Origin: Verrucomicrobiota bacterium
GTDB lineage: Bacteria > Verrucomicrobiota > Verrucomicrobiia > Limisphaerales > AAA164-E04
Direction of reading: 5' to 3'
NCBI GenBank assembly: GCA_047947115.1
Contig: CP170459.1
Location: forward strand, 960,001-1,024,000
DNA length: 64,000 nt
Below are positions 1 through 10,247 of this stretch, in pieces. Position 1 is the first letter of the stretch. Every line of letters begins with the position of its first letter. Under the pieces are notes generated by a model. It saw only the letters and a list, made by a program, of their open reading frames with translations. It was not told the origin of the DNA and made no database searches. The translations under genes were made by a program, and so were the position numbers.

Positions 1-486
1 GGGCTTCCTCTTTTCATAGGTCAGCCGATCATCAATGGCCCCACGAAAGACGATCTGCCAACCCGTGGTCTCAATCAAAATGGCTTCGCCTGTTCGATCA
101 ACGCCCAATGATCTTGCCACTTCCTGGGAGGCATCATCCAATATCGGCAGATTGAGGCTGTATGCGTCGGATTCTTCCACCAGATCAGCATATTCATCCT
201 GATCATTGGCGTTGAGCATCCAGAATTGAATCCCTCTGGACGCATAGGATTCGGAAAGTTTCTCTAGATCCTGATACCGCAGCCGCACCAACGGGCACCC
301 AATCCCGTGAGTGAAAAGGACAATGCCTTTGGTTTTCGGATCGTTGTGATAATAGGATAGCTGATGGAAATCGCCACGCTGATCAAACAGCCCGAAATCC
401 TCTGCAACACGCACTTCCTCTGCGCTGGTGCCTTTCGTTCCAAGTAGCAAACAAACCAGTGTAATGGATGGGATCAATCTCTTCAT
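1..486 (-). CDS. Redoxin/AhpC-TSA (thioredoxin-fold) domain protein with signal peptide, runs off the left edge
   Basis: Hand translation from ATG at 486: MKRLIPSITLVCLLLG...DFGLFDQRGDFHQL...GIVLFTHGIGCPLV...LPILDDASQEVARSLGVDRTGEAILI...FRGAIDDRL; open frame to base 1; absent from ORF track because it is partial. Confidence 0.75.
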   Translation of the reverse strand, partial: MKRLIPSITLVCLLLGTKGTSAEEVRVAEDFGLFDQRGDFHQLSYYHNDPKTKGIVLFTHGIGCPLVRLRYQDLEKLSESYASRGIQFWMLNANDQDEYADLVEESDAYSLNLPILDDASQEVARSLGVDRTGEAILIETTGWQIVFRGAIDDRLTYEKRKP

Positions 487-747
487 TATTTTCTAATCGT
501 CAATACATGCGCTCCCTGTCAAAGGCGGCAATCATACCACCCTTCTCAAGCAGCACATCTTACAACGCCAACCCAGAAAGGATAGTTACACCTTAAAGAC
601 ATTTTTTCCAGCACGGACTTGAAGGATTTTAAACATGTCTTCGTGCCCATGTTGTCCTGTGAAAAATGACAGACCTACCGATTGCTCCGAAGTAAATCGC
701 ACAAAGCCGGGTTTGACAGTTTCAAAGGTGTGTACAAACTCACGGGG

Positions 748-1908
748 ATGCATATCGTCCTGTCATGTTGGAAAAGAACCATCCTGTGCCTGGCGTTTTC
801 GCAACTCGGATTCGCTTTAACTCACAGGTTACACGCAGATTCGACACACTTTTTCCCTATTGGCATGTATGGTGTGCATCATCCGGAAGACCTTCTCCTC
901 GTTCATGAGGCCGGATTTAACAGCGTGGTCGGCTCCGCAGACCAGACATTTCTCGATACCGCCCATGAGCTTGGCATAAAAGTCATCGCCTCCCCTGGAT
1001 CTTCTTCCGGTCCTTCCTTCAATGTCAACGCGACAAGGGAGAAGGTAAAATCGCTGGATCACCATCCTGCCCTGTTGAGTTGGTACCTCGTGGATGAACC
1101 TGATATGCAACGCATCCCACCCTGGAAGGTGGAAATGGACCAACGATTACTCAAATCAATTCCCGCCCAAAAACCGGTAAGTCTCGTCCTGTTTCACGGC
1201 ATGCATGTCAAGGACTACGGGGATCTCCCCGACATCCTCATGCTGGATAACTATCCCGTTCCCTGGATGCCCCTGGCCCATTTTGCCCAGCATCTCTATT
1301 GGGCACGCACCTCCATTTCCACACCAAAACCCATCTACGGAGTACTGCAAGCTTTTGACTGGCATTACTTCAAACAGGTGCTTCCCGGGGAAAAGAATCT
1401 ACGGAAACCCACCACCGAGGAAATACGTTGCATGACCTTCATGTCGCTGGCTCAAGGGATGAACGGACTGTTTTACTATACCTATCGCTCGGGCGAATGG
1501 GACATCCGGGAACATCCCGAGTTGTGGGAAGGGCTCAAACAAGTCATCGGTTCCGTCAATGACAACCCATACCTCTTGAACGCCCAACGCAAATGGTGGC
1601 TTCCACGATACGAAATCGATCCGCACGAGCAACGCCGCAGCGCGACACTTGAACCGAGCATTTCGATGACCATGCTCGAAGATGCCGATGGCTTAAACCA
1701 CCTGCTTCTCATCAACACTACCCCAAACAAACTTGCTTTAACGGTAAAACTCCCCGATTCACCCAACAAGTGGGCGCCGGTTTTTGAAGGCAAAGCGCCC
1801 TTTGGAGGCCTGCAACCCAACGTCACTTACAAATTTGCTTTCGAACCATACCAAGTTCGACTCCTTAAGGGTTATGAAATACCAAACTGGTCAAATTGGC
1901 TTGAATAA
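748..1908 (+). CDS. Secreted glycoside-hydrolase-like TIM-barrel protein (family unassigned)
   Basis: FFPIGMYGV...EAGFNSV...HPALLSWYLVDEPD resembles clan GH-A barrels; ATG at 748 precedes a hydrophobic signal-like segment (ORF track starts at 682). Confidence 0.55.
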   Translation: MHIVLSCWKRTILCLAFSQLGFALTHRLHADSTHFFPIGMYGVHHPEDLLLVHEAGFNSVVGSADQTFLDTAHELGIKVIASPGSSSGPSFNVNATREKVKSLDHHPALLSWYLVDEPDMQRIPPWKVEMDQRLLKSIPAQKPVSLVLFHGMHVKDYGDLPDILMLDNYPVPWMPLAHFAQHLYWARTSISTPKPIYGVLQAFDWHYFKQVLPGEKNLRKPTTEEIRCMTFMSLAQGMNGLFYYTYRSGEWDIREHPELWEGLKQVIGSVNDNPYLLNAQRKWWLPRYEIDPHEQRRSATLEPSISMTMLEDADGLNHLLLINTTPNKLALTVKLPDSPNKWAPVFEGKAPFGGLQPNVTYKFAFEPYQVRLLKGYEIPNWSNWLE

Positions 1909-1956
1909 TGCTGATTTCGGACTAGAGTAGAATCCAATTATAAAAACTGAAATACC

Positions 1957-2820
1957 ATGCGCCCGAATCATTCAAAAACAAGCCGTCTCCGCCACCGCGG
2001 ATCTACCGGATTCACATTGATCGAATTGCTGGTGGTCATCGCCATTATCGCTATCCTTGCAGGAATGCTGTTGCCCGCCCTCAGTAAGGCCAAGGCCAAA
2101 GCAACCGGCATCAAATGCATGAATAACAACAGACAGTTGCTGCTGGCATGGATGTTTTATGCCGATGATAACGAAGATCGAATCACTCACGCATATGGCG
2201 ATGAATATGGTTGGATGTTTGGTGGAAGAGGGGTTATCAGTTACTCTTCCAGCCCTGCCAACTGGGATCCTTCGGTCATTATCGCCAATAGCCCGCTTTT
2301 CAGCTATACGGGTGGCTCTGCCGATATTTTCAAGTGTCCGGCCGATAAATCAACGGTCAGGACAGACGATGGTCGGGTCATGCCCCGCGTTCGCAGTATG
2401 TCCATGAGCTCATGGGCGGGCGGTCACGACGGGAAACATACCTGGTTTGGCGGCCCCGAATGGCGCATGTATCTGAAAACTTCCGATTTCGTCGATCCGG
2501 GCGCCAGCCAGACCTGGATATTCATCGATGAACGTGAGGATAGCATCAACGACGGATTCTGGGTTACCCAGATGCCCGGATATCCGGATCCTTCCACAAC
2601 CAAAATCACTGACTATCCCGCCAGCTACCACAACGGAGCAGCTGGAATTTCTTTTGCAGATGGTCACGCAGAGATCAAACGCTGGACAGATCCCCGCACT
2701 GTTCCAACTTTGGAAAAGAACGGTAATATTCCTTTGAATGTGCCTTCACCCAACAACAAGGACATTATCTGGATACAGGACCGCACAACACGACCAGTCA
2801 ATGGTTCCATCATCCGATAG
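1957..2820 (+). CDS. Prepilin-type N-terminal cleavage/methylation protein with H-X9-DG motif (DUF1559-like)
   Basis: [26 protein letters not shown]-terminal [13 protein letters not shown]. Confidence 0.9.
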   Translation: MRPNHSKTSRLRHRGSTGFTLIELLVVIAIIAILAGMLLPALSKAKAKATGIKCMNNNRQLLLAWMFYADDNEDRITHAYGDEYGWMFGGRGVISYSSSPANWDPSVIIANSPLFSYTGGSADIFKCPADKSTVRTDDGRVMPRVRSMSMSSWAGGHDGKHTWFGGPEWRMYLKTSDFVDPGASQTWIFIDEREDSINDGFWVTQMPGYPDPSTTKITDYPASYHNGAAGISFADGHAEIKRWTDPRTVPTLEKNGNIPLNVPSPNNKDIIWIQDRTTRPVNGSIIR

Positions 2821-2849
2821 AACCGAAACTTGAGTAACATACAGTTTTC

Positions 2850-2882
2850 AACGCCTCATGGAAATACACCATGGGGCGTTTT
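2850..2882 (+). terminator. Probable intrinsic terminator
   Basis: AACGCCTCATGG...CCATGGGGCGTT inverted repeat followed by T residues, 30 bp after the stop codon. Confidence 0.6.
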
Positions 2883-3032
2883 CAGTTATAACGTTTGCCA
2901 AAAGTAATTTCATAAAAAACTCTGCGTCACTGCGTCCCTAGCGCAGCGGGCGTGAGAATAAGAAGCATCAGCGAGCCCCTTATGCGCAAAGACTTTTGGC
3001 AATCAGTATAATAAGAAGCAATTTTAAAACCC

Positions 3033-4337
3033 ATGAAACCACAACCCGCTTTTAGAGTGAATCATGCAGCCCGAACATGGCTGGTCATCGGTGTCCTCCT
3101 CCAGATTGCTTTCGGATTTGATATCCTGGTGGACCGACTAATCGGTGACACCTCCAACCCGGTGGCCCGGACTGAAATCAATCCCGACTTTCATTACATC
3201 GACACCAGCTTCGAAAATGCATCCCCGATATGGTACGAACTGGATGACCAAGGTCGTGTTCTAGTCCACCTCACCTATGATCTTGAACGGGAAAGCCCCA
3301 ATAGGGCCAACGGTCATTGGCACTTCAACCTCCAGGCAACAAAAGGCTCCAGACACACCATCGTTCTGAACAATCTCAACAATGTCTGGAACGGCAAACC
3401 CGGTGTGCCGGTGTCAAACAGAACCATCTGCAAAGTGTCCGAGAATGGAAAAGACTGGCAAACCATCGAAACACACATCGAGAACGACGATCAACTGGTG
3501 TTCGAAGTGGAAATGCCGGAAAGCCACCTGTTCATCGCCCACGTTGAACCTTACCGCATCAGTGACCTCGAAGCACTCAAGCGGGAGATCGTGGATCATC
3601 CACTGGTCGACATTCATGAAATCGGATCAACGGTGCAGGGTCGCTTGCTGGAGATCATCCGGATAGGAAAAGACGATGCACCCAACCGTGTTTTTTTGCG
3701 AGGCAGGGCACATCCGTGGGAACCGGGCGGTAACTGGGTGATCCAGGGCTTGATCAAATCGCTGCTCAAGGAAAACAGCGAAAACCAAACCTACCTGAAT
3801 CAATACGCCGTCTACATCCTCCCCATGGCCAACAAAGACGGAGTGGCCGCAGGCAAAACCCGTTTCAACATGATGGGCATGGACCTGAACCGCAAGTGGG
3901 ACAAACCCGCTGATCCGGTCCTCTGCCCTGAAAATCATTACCTTGAAAATTGGTTTCAAAAGATGATCAATCGAGGAACCCCGATCCATATGGCCATGGA
4001 TTTGCACAACGACCAAAGCGGCCGCATCCACGTCAGCCGACCGAACATCGATCTCGACGCCTATCTGGAACGTTTGAGGCGTTACGAAACCTTGATGCGA
4101 CAACACACCTGGTTCACCGAAGGAAGCACCGGTGGCAGTTTCCGAAATCCGGGCACCATCGGTGAAGGCCTCCTCGAGCGTTATGGCATCACCGCGTTCG
4201 TACAGGAACTGAACGCCAACTGGATCGAAGGCTTGCAACAACACACCAGCGGCAAAAACTGGGAACTGCTCGGCTCACAAATGCGTCGTGTCTTCTTCGA
4301 ATTCTTTTTAGCGGAATCAACCACATCCGAACCTTGA
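3033..4337 (+). CDS. M14-family zinc carboxypeptidase
   Basis: GRAHPWE (HxxE), NKDGV...RFN..GMDLNRKW and MDLHN motifs. Confidence 0.85.
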   Translation: MKPQPAFRVNHAARTWLVIGVLLQIAFGFDILVDRLIGDTSNPVARTEINPDFHYIDTSFENASPIWYELDDQGRVLVHLTYDLERESPNRANGHWHFNLQATKGSRHTIVLNNLNNVWNGKPGVPVSNRTICKVSENGKDWQTIETHIENDDQLVFEVEMPESHLFIAHVEPYRISDLEALKREIVDHPLVDIHEIGSTVQGRLLEIIRIGKDDAPNRVFLRGRAHPWEPGGNWVIQGLIKSLLKENSENQTYLNQYAVYILPMANKDGVAAGKTRFNMMGMDLNRKWDKPADPVLCPENHYLENWFQKMINRGTPIHMAMDLHNDQSGRIHVSRPNIDLDAYLERLRRYETLMRQHTWFTEGSTGGSFRNPGTIGEGLLERYGITAFVQELNANWIEGLQQHTSGKNWELLGSQMRRVFFEFFLAESTTSEP

Positions 4338-4368
4338 TCATGTTTTACCCCCAACGCTAAACGATAAT

Positions 4369-5112
4369 ATGATGAGCCACGCAATGTACATTCGATCGAT
4401 TTCGATCGGATGCCTGATCTGGATCATGGGAACCACCGGAATCCGATCTGAAACCACGACCGCCGCCGATCCGCAAACCTATCTTCAGGACGTTTGCACA
4501 CAACTGGAAAAAAAATGGCCTGAAAACCGAACGATACGTATTGTCTGCCACGGTCATAGCGTACCGGCAGGTTTCTTCAAAACCCCGGTTGTCGACACCT
4601 TCAACGCCTACCCGCATCTGTTGCATGTGGGATTGAAAAAGCGATTCCCATATGCAGTGATTGAAGTCATTGTGACAGCCATCGGCGGAGAGAACTCAAT
4701 GAGTGGAGAAATGCGCTTCAAGGAAGAAGTGCTGGCACTGAAACCGGATGTGTTGCTGATCGATTATGCGTTGAATGATCGGGGCATGGGGCTTGAAAAA
4801 GCGAAAACAGCGTGGACCTCCATGATCCTTCAGGCAAAGGAACAGGGAGTGAAAACGATCTTGCTCACACCAACCGCCGACACACGCTCTGACATATCAA
4901 ATCCGGAAGATCCCTTGAATCAACACGCACAACAAGTGCGGGAACTCGCTTCGGAACACCGGGTAGGAATCGTTGATAGTTCTGCGTTGTTTCAGGCATA
5001 TGTGAACGAAGGCAAACCCCTCGCAGACCTCATGTCGCAGATCAATCACCCCAATCGTAAAGGACATGATCTTGTCGCGGATGCCTTGTTAGAATGGTTT
5101 CCAGAACCATAA
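4369..5112 (+). CDS. SGNH/GDSL hydrolase family protein
   Basis: GHSVPAG (block I), IGGENS, DYALND and NHPNRKGH motifs; N-terminal signal peptide. Confidence 0.85.
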   Translation: MMSHAMYIRSISIGCLIWIMGTTGIRSETTTAADPQTYLQDVCTQLEKKWPENRTIRIVCHGHSVPAGFFKTPVVDTFNAYPHLLHVGLKKRFPYAVIEVIVTAIGGENSMSGEMRFKEEVLALKPDVLLIDYALNDRGMGLEKAKTAWTSMILQAKEQGVKTILLTPTADTRSDISNPEDPLNQHAQQVRELASEHRVGIVDSSALFQAYVNEGKPLADLMSQINHPNRKGHDLVADALLEWFPEP

Positions 5113-5152
5113 AAGGTTGATTTTACAAACGTCTCTCTTTTTAGATGAAGGC

Positions 5153-6604
5153 ATGTCCCGATCTCGATTCATCTCTAGTCTGACGTGTCTTGCCGGATTC
5201 ATTCTTGGATGGTACTGCCCGAAGGCTGCATCACCTGAGAGTGAAGGTTCGTCACGGCCCAACTTTCTGATCTTCATCGCGGATGATCACGGCATGGGAG
5301 ACCTGGGATGCTACGGAAACCCAGCCGTCAACACACCAAACATCGATCGCCTGGCATCCGAAGGCATGCGCTTTGATCGAGCCTTTCTGACCATCTCCAG
5401 CTGCAGCCCCAGCCGTTGCAGCATCCTGACCGGACGCTACCCGCACAACACGGGTGCCGAGGATCTCCACATGCCCTTGCCCGCCGATCAAAGCACCGTT
5501 GCAAGTTACCTGGGAACGGAAGGCTATGAATGTGTATCGGTAGGCAAATGGCATCTGGGCAGCAATGAAAAACGTCATTGGACCAAAGTGATCGAATGCC
5601 AGGCAGAAGTGATGGACCAACGATCCATCGAAGTCATCGAATCACGCGATCTGAACAAACCGTTTTTTTATTGGTTTGCCTCCATTGATCCTCACCGGGG
5701 ATACCAGAAAGGAGCCATCGAAGCACCGCACGATCCTGATAAAGTGGTCGTGCCACCCTACCTCCCCGACCACCCAAAAATCCGCAAAGAACTCGCGCTT
5801 TATTACGATGAAATTTCACGCTTTGATCAACACATCGGTCGCATCCGCGCCGCACTCGAAAAACAGGGTGTCTGGAACAATACCTTCGTGGTTTACCTGA
5901 GCGACAACGGCATGCCCTTTCCCCGCGCCAAAACAACCCTGTACGACAGCGGCATTCGCACCCCGTTCATCGCCCGATGGCCCGAGAATATCCCCGCTGG
6001 ATCCGCCACCGACAGATTGATCAGCACTGTGGATTTGATTCCCACTGTGCTCGATCTGGCGAACGTTTCTGCCGACACGTTGCAGGGAAAGAGTTTTGCA
6101 AGTGTACTGGCAAATCCCAAAGCAGAACACCGTGACCTGATCTTTGCCGAAGCAAACTGGCACGACTTTGAACATTTCACCCGCACCGTGCGAAGCGAGC
6201 ATTTCAAACTCATCCGGCACTATTATTGGGACACACCTCTTTGGAATTCCGTAGACTCCATCAACAGCATCACCTGGCAAGGCATGCTGGAAGCGCGCGA
6301 GAAAAACTTGCTCACTCCGGCACAGGCGTTCCTGTTTGAACCCGTCCGTCCTTATGAAGAATTTTTCGTGATGGACGCTGATCCGGATGAACTGACCAAC
6401 CAGATTGAAATCAGAGCCTGGCAATCAGAAATCAACAAACTACGTACCGCACTGGACGAATGGCGCATTGAAACCCAGGATCACCTTCCAGAAAAACGAC
6501 GGCTGGATGGCTGGACACGCGACGGCATTCCCCTCCCCCACAACCAACCCTGGTACGACCGTTACATACAACAAGGCCGGAAAAATTCATTCGAAAAGTT
6601 CTAA
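5153..6604 (+). CDS. Sulfatase (S1, N-sulfoglucosamine sulfohydrolase-like)
   Basis: PNFLIFIADD, CSPSR formylglycine motif, GKWHL, SDNG; ATG at 5153 preferred over TTG at 5117. Confidence 0.9.
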   Translation: MSRSRFISSLTCLAGFILGWYCPKAASPESEGSSRPNFLIFIADDHGMGDLGCYGNPAVNTPNIDRLASEGMRFDRAFLTISSCSPSRCSILTGRYPHNTGAEDLHMPLPADQSTVASYLGTEGYECVSVGKWHLGSNEKRHWTKVIECQAEVMDQRSIEVIESRDLNKPFFYWFASIDPHRGYQKGAIEAPHDPDKVVVPPYLPDHPKIRKELALYYDEISRFDQHIGRIRAALEKQGVWNNTFVVYLSDNGMPFPRAKTTLYDSGIRTPFIARWPENIPAGSATDRLISTVDLIPTVLDLANVSADTLQGKSFASVLANPKAEHRDLIFAEANWHDFEHFTRTVRSEHFKLIRHYYWDTPLWNSVDSINSITWQGMLEAREKNLLTPAQAFLFEPVRPYEEFFVMDADPDELTNQIEIRAWQSEINKLRTALDEWRIETQDHLPEKRRLDGWTRDGIPLPHNQPWYDRYIQQGRKNSFEKF

Positions 6605-6880
6605 GCATTTCTGACCTCGGTTGGGCAAGTTTGAGTTCGGATCATGGGTGAGAGCATGGAACGGGAATCAGCTTACCATAACGTTTCCCTGTATTACCCA
6701 AAGCGGTGCCAAGTCACCACAGTCCAAAACTGCCTCAGCATTCAATCACAACAAAACCTCGCCCGTCTAAAGCAATCCACTATTCCAAATCCACCATTTC
6801 AAAGCTGGGCTTTTGCCCGCGGATTTAATCCTTGTTTCCAAATCCACTGGGAATTATACCATCCAGCAAAGGATTACCAC

Positions 6881-7669
6881 ATGAATACCGGAACACTAGC
6901 CAGGAAAAGAATCCTGCATACCGCCTTTACCCTGATCGAACTGCTTGTCGTCATCGCGATCATCGCGATTTTGGCTGGCATGCTGTTACCCGCCCTGTCA
7001 AGAGCCAAGGAAAAAGGCAAACAAACCAAATGCCTGAGCAACATGCGCAATGTCGGACTTTCGTTGCAAATGTACTTGGTGGATTACAACAAATACCCCG
7101 GCCATTATTATGTGCCTAATGGCGAAATCGTTTATCCTCCCCGCTTGTTGCCCGGCGTTTCAAGCAACCTTCAGGTCTGGAATTGCCCGACCGAAAATCC
7201 AAGATTCTACTACACCAACCGGGTCAACCAAGCGACAGGTGCTGAGTTGGGTCCCTTAAAACTAACCCCCAACACAGGATTCTGCTACGGCTACAACGAT
7301 TGGGGCGGTATCAACGAATTTGTAAAACCATATCAAGGCTTGGGAGCCGATCTTCAACCTAATGGCAACGAACCTTGGAACCGCGAACCCGTGGAATCCC
7401 ATGTGAAGGCTCCCGCCGACATGATCGTGATCGCCGACAGTCGTTCGGACGCACGCTGGGATTCAGCCATCGATCCCGCCGACAGGGCGGCCGCCGGGGA
7501 AGAGGCCGCCGAATGGCCTTCAAGCCGTCACAGTGGTGGAGCTAATTTCAGCTTCTCTGATGGACACGCGGAATACGGGGCTCAGGAAAAGATGGTGTCC
7601 AGAGCTCCCGAAATTCGACGGCGCTGGAACGCCGACAATCAACCGCATCTGGATCAATCCCCAAATTAA
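6881..7669 (+). CDS. Prepilin-type N-terminal cleavage/methylation protein with H-X9-DG motif
   Basis: [42 protein letters not shown] at 6881 gives a normal short leader. Confidence 0.9.
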   Translation: MNTGTLARKRILHTAFTLIELLVVIAIIAILAGMLLPALSRAKEKGKQTKCLSNMRNVGLSLQMYLVDYNKYPGHYYVPNGEIVYPPRLLPGVSSNLQVWNCPTENPRFYYTNRVNQATGAELGPLKLTPNTGFCYGYNDWGGINEFVKPYQGLGADLQPNGNEPWNREPVESHVKAPADMIVIADSRSDARWDSAIDPADRAAAGEEAAEWPSSRHSGGANFSFSDGHAEYGAQEKMVSRAPEIRRRWNADNQPHLDQSPN

Positions 7670-7691
7670 GCATTGTTTTCACTTTATAGCA

Positions 7692-7730
7692 AAACGCCGG
7701 ACGGATTATCCGTCCGGCGTTTACTTTTTT
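7692..7730. terminator. Terminator between convergent genes (probably bidirectional)
   Basis: AAACGCCGGACGGAT-T-ATCCGTCCGGCGTTT perfect hairpin followed by a T run. Confidence 0.8.
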
Positions 7731-7824
7731 AAAACAGGAGGGACGAGTTCCATCCTCGTTCCCAAACTTCACCCTAATATGGCTCCCCAACCAATAAAAG
7801 TGGAACGCGGGATATCACCAGTAA

Positions 7825-8856
7825 TCAATGTGCTTCGGACTGTTCTTTCCAATCCTTGACCATGCGTTCCAAGGTATCCACCCAGAAAGGATGCTCGTTC
7901 AGACAAGGAATCAATTGAAGTGATTCCCCGCCGGCCGATTCGAAAGATTCTTTTCCGCGAATACCGATTTCCTCGATTGTTTCCAGACAATCGGACACGA
8001 AGGCCGGGCACACCACCAGGAGCCGCTTGACCCCTTCCTTGGCGAAGCGTTCGAGTTCGTAATCCGTATAGGGTTTCAACCAGGGATCACGGCCAAGTCT
8101 GGATTGAAAGGAAATCGCATATTGTTCCGGTTTCAAACCGAGCGTTCCCACCACTGCATCGGTGGTTTTGAAACACTGCGCTCGATAACAAAAATCATGC
8201 GCCGGATGACATCCTTCACAACAATCCGGTTTCGACAAGCAGTGGGAACCGGTCGGATCGGACTTGCGCAGATGCCGCTCGGGTATCCCGTGGTAACTGA
8301 ACAGCAATTTGTCAAAAGGCTCTTTCAGATGTGGCCTGATGGATTCGACCAATGCATCCACATAATCCGCATCCTCAAAATAAGGAGGCTGCGTCGTCAA
8401 ACGCATACCAGGATGATTCTGAGCCACCAATTCCTTTACGCGTTCGACGGCTGTCTCAAAGCTGCTCATGGCGTAGTGCGGAAACAATGGAATCATGAAC
8501 AGATCCGTCACCCCCTGATCGCCCAACTTGGCAAGCGCGGATTCGATGGAAGGGTTCTGATAGCGCATGGCCAATTCCACAGGCTCCTCCAACTTTTCCT
8601 GCAACAAGGCCTGCACCTTCCGGCTGGTCACCACCAAAGGCGAGCCATCCTTGGTCCAGACACTTTCGTAAGCTTCGGCGGATTCCTTCGGACGTTTGGG
8701 CAGGATCAACACATTGACCACAAACCAACGAATCGGCCAGGGTGCATCGAGAACGCGCCCGTCCATTAAAAATTCCCGCAAATACTTGCGAACGTCGGAA
8801 ACAGAAGTGGAATCGGGCGACCCCAAGTTCACCAATAAGACACCCTTTTTACTCAT
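7825..8856 (-). CDS. hemH: Ferrochelatase
   Basis: GVLLVNLGSP, LAMRY, FSYHGIP, FQSRLG..PWLKP and FVSDCLET motifs. Confidence 0.97.
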   Translation of the reverse strand: MSKKGVLLVNLGSPDSTSVSDVRKYLREFLMDGRVLDAPWPIRWFVVNVLILPKRPKESAEAYESVWTKDGSPLVVTSRKVQALLQEKLEEPVELAMRYQNPSIESALAKLGDQGVTDLFMIPLFPHYAMSSFETAVERVKELVAQNHPGMRLTTQPPYFEDADYVDALVESIRPHLKEPFDKLLFSYHGIPERHLRKSDPTGSHCLSKPDCCEGCHPAHDFCYRAQCFKTTDAVVGTLGLKPEQYAISFQSRLGRDPWLKPYTDYELERFAKEGVKRLLVVCPAFVSDCLETIEEIGIRGKESFESAGGESLQLIPCLNEHPFWVDTLERMVKDWKEQSEAH

Positions 8857-10247
8857 GATTTATTTAGAAATTGATCGATGCGCTCAGCCACATCCATTCC
8901 AGCCAACAGCGAATCACTGAGGGAAATTCCGTTGCGATAGTGCCCCGCAAAAAACAACCCACTGTGATCTTTCTCCAATCGATCAAACAGATCTTTGTGT
9001 TTACCATAACCCACCACGTATTGTGGAATGGCGTGACGATAGACACGTCGATTGACAAAAGCGGGCTTGCCCTTCAAACCAAGTAGAACTTCCAGATCCT
9101 CCAGAACAAGCCGATCGATTTCCTCCTCGGGCAAGAGCGCATTATGAGGAGCGCGCATGCCACCAATGTAGCTGGTCAAAGTGACATGTCCTTCGGGAGC
9201 TCTCCCCGCAAACAGGGAGGAGGTAAAAATGGTCCCCAAGGCATTCCGCTTCTCCACCTCGGGAACGAGCATGCCAAATCCATCGAGAGGATGAGCGATC
9301 TGATCCCTTTTGAAACCCATGACAATACTGGCCACCGGTGGATAGATGATTTCCCTCAACTGCGAAAGATCGATCGTCGACGCATCTTTGAACGTGAGAT
9401 CCGTCATCTTGTAAGTGGGAAGGGCAGGCAAGACGGCATCGAAAGACTTGGATCCATCCGGTCCCAAAATTTTCCATTGATGATTTCCTGACCGCTCAAC
9501 ACCATGCACAGACGATGACAGGCAAAGCGAACTCTCCACAGATTGCCCAAGCCCGTCAATCAACACCTGCAGCCCATGATCAAAGGAAACCATCTTGGCT
9601 TTGTCCTTGGATACCGTCCCTCGCTTCTTACGCTCGCGCGCCCCAAGAATCTGACCCTTCATCATGGAACCATACTTTTGTTCCAGCGCGTATAACTTGG
9701 GGAAAGCATGTTGAACGGAAAGTCTTTCCGGATCCCCGGCATACACCCCGGCGACAAACGGGTTGATCGCATAATCCAGAAACTCCCTCCCCAATCGGCG
9801 GAAGACAAACTCAGCCAGACTCTCCTCTTTATCCGCAGGGCATCGCGGAATGAATGGTTCCTTGAGCAGGCCAAGTTTCGTGCTCAGCGAGAAGAGTTTG
9901 GTAGTGAGGAATTGCCCGGGCGAAAGCGGCATCGCAACAGGCTTGGCGCCTTTCACGATGTATCGGTTTTTCATCTCCGGATTGGCATATCGCTTTCGGT
10001 CTTCCAGACCCAGTTCGCGGATCAATTCACCAATCCTTGGACTCGTCTCCAGCAGCGTGTTGGGACCGCATTCGGCAAGGTATCCATCCTGGCGAACGGT
10101 TTGGATAACGCCGCCGATGCGATTGGAAGATTCAAAAATACTCGCCTGATGTCCCAGCGCCCGAAGACGATGCGCCGCTGCCAGCCCCGTCACGCCCGCT
10201 CCGATGATGGCAATGGATTTTTGCTGGTTGCCCATGACCTTGTTCAA
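8853..10247 (-). CDS. hemG: FAD-dependent protoporphyrinogen oxidase (HemY-type)
   Basis: IIGAGVTGLAAA FAD-binding motif, ECGPN, GVYAGDP, GFGMLVP, AIPQY; located in the hem operon. Confidence 0.93.
   Translation of the reverse strand: MNKVMGNQQKSIAIIGAGVTGLAAAHRLRALGHQASIFESSNRIGGVIQTVRQDGYLAECGPNTLLETSPRIGELIRELGLEDRKRYANPEMKNRYIVKGAKPVAMPLSPGQFLTTKLFSLSTKLGLLKEPFIPRCPADKEESLAEFVFRRLGREFLDYAINPFVAGVYAGDPERLSVQHAFPKLYALEQKYGSMMKGQILGARERKKRGTVSKDKAKMVSFDHGLQVLIDGLGQSVESSLCLSSSVHGVERSGNHQWKILGPDGSKSFDAVLPALPTYKMTDLTFKDASTIDLSQLREIIYPPVASIVMGFKRDQIAHPLDGFGMLVPEVEKRNALGTIFTSSLFAGRAPEGHVTLTSYIGGMRAPHNALLPEEEIDRLVLEDLEVLLGLKGKPAFVNRRVYRHAIPQYVVGYGKHKDLFDRLEKDHSGLFFAGHYRNGISLSDSLLAGMDVAERIDQFLNKS

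Noticed and set aside
6644..6880. 79-aa N-terminal extension of the second prepilin ORF
   Set aside because: Prepilin leaders are short; ATG 6881 fits the family
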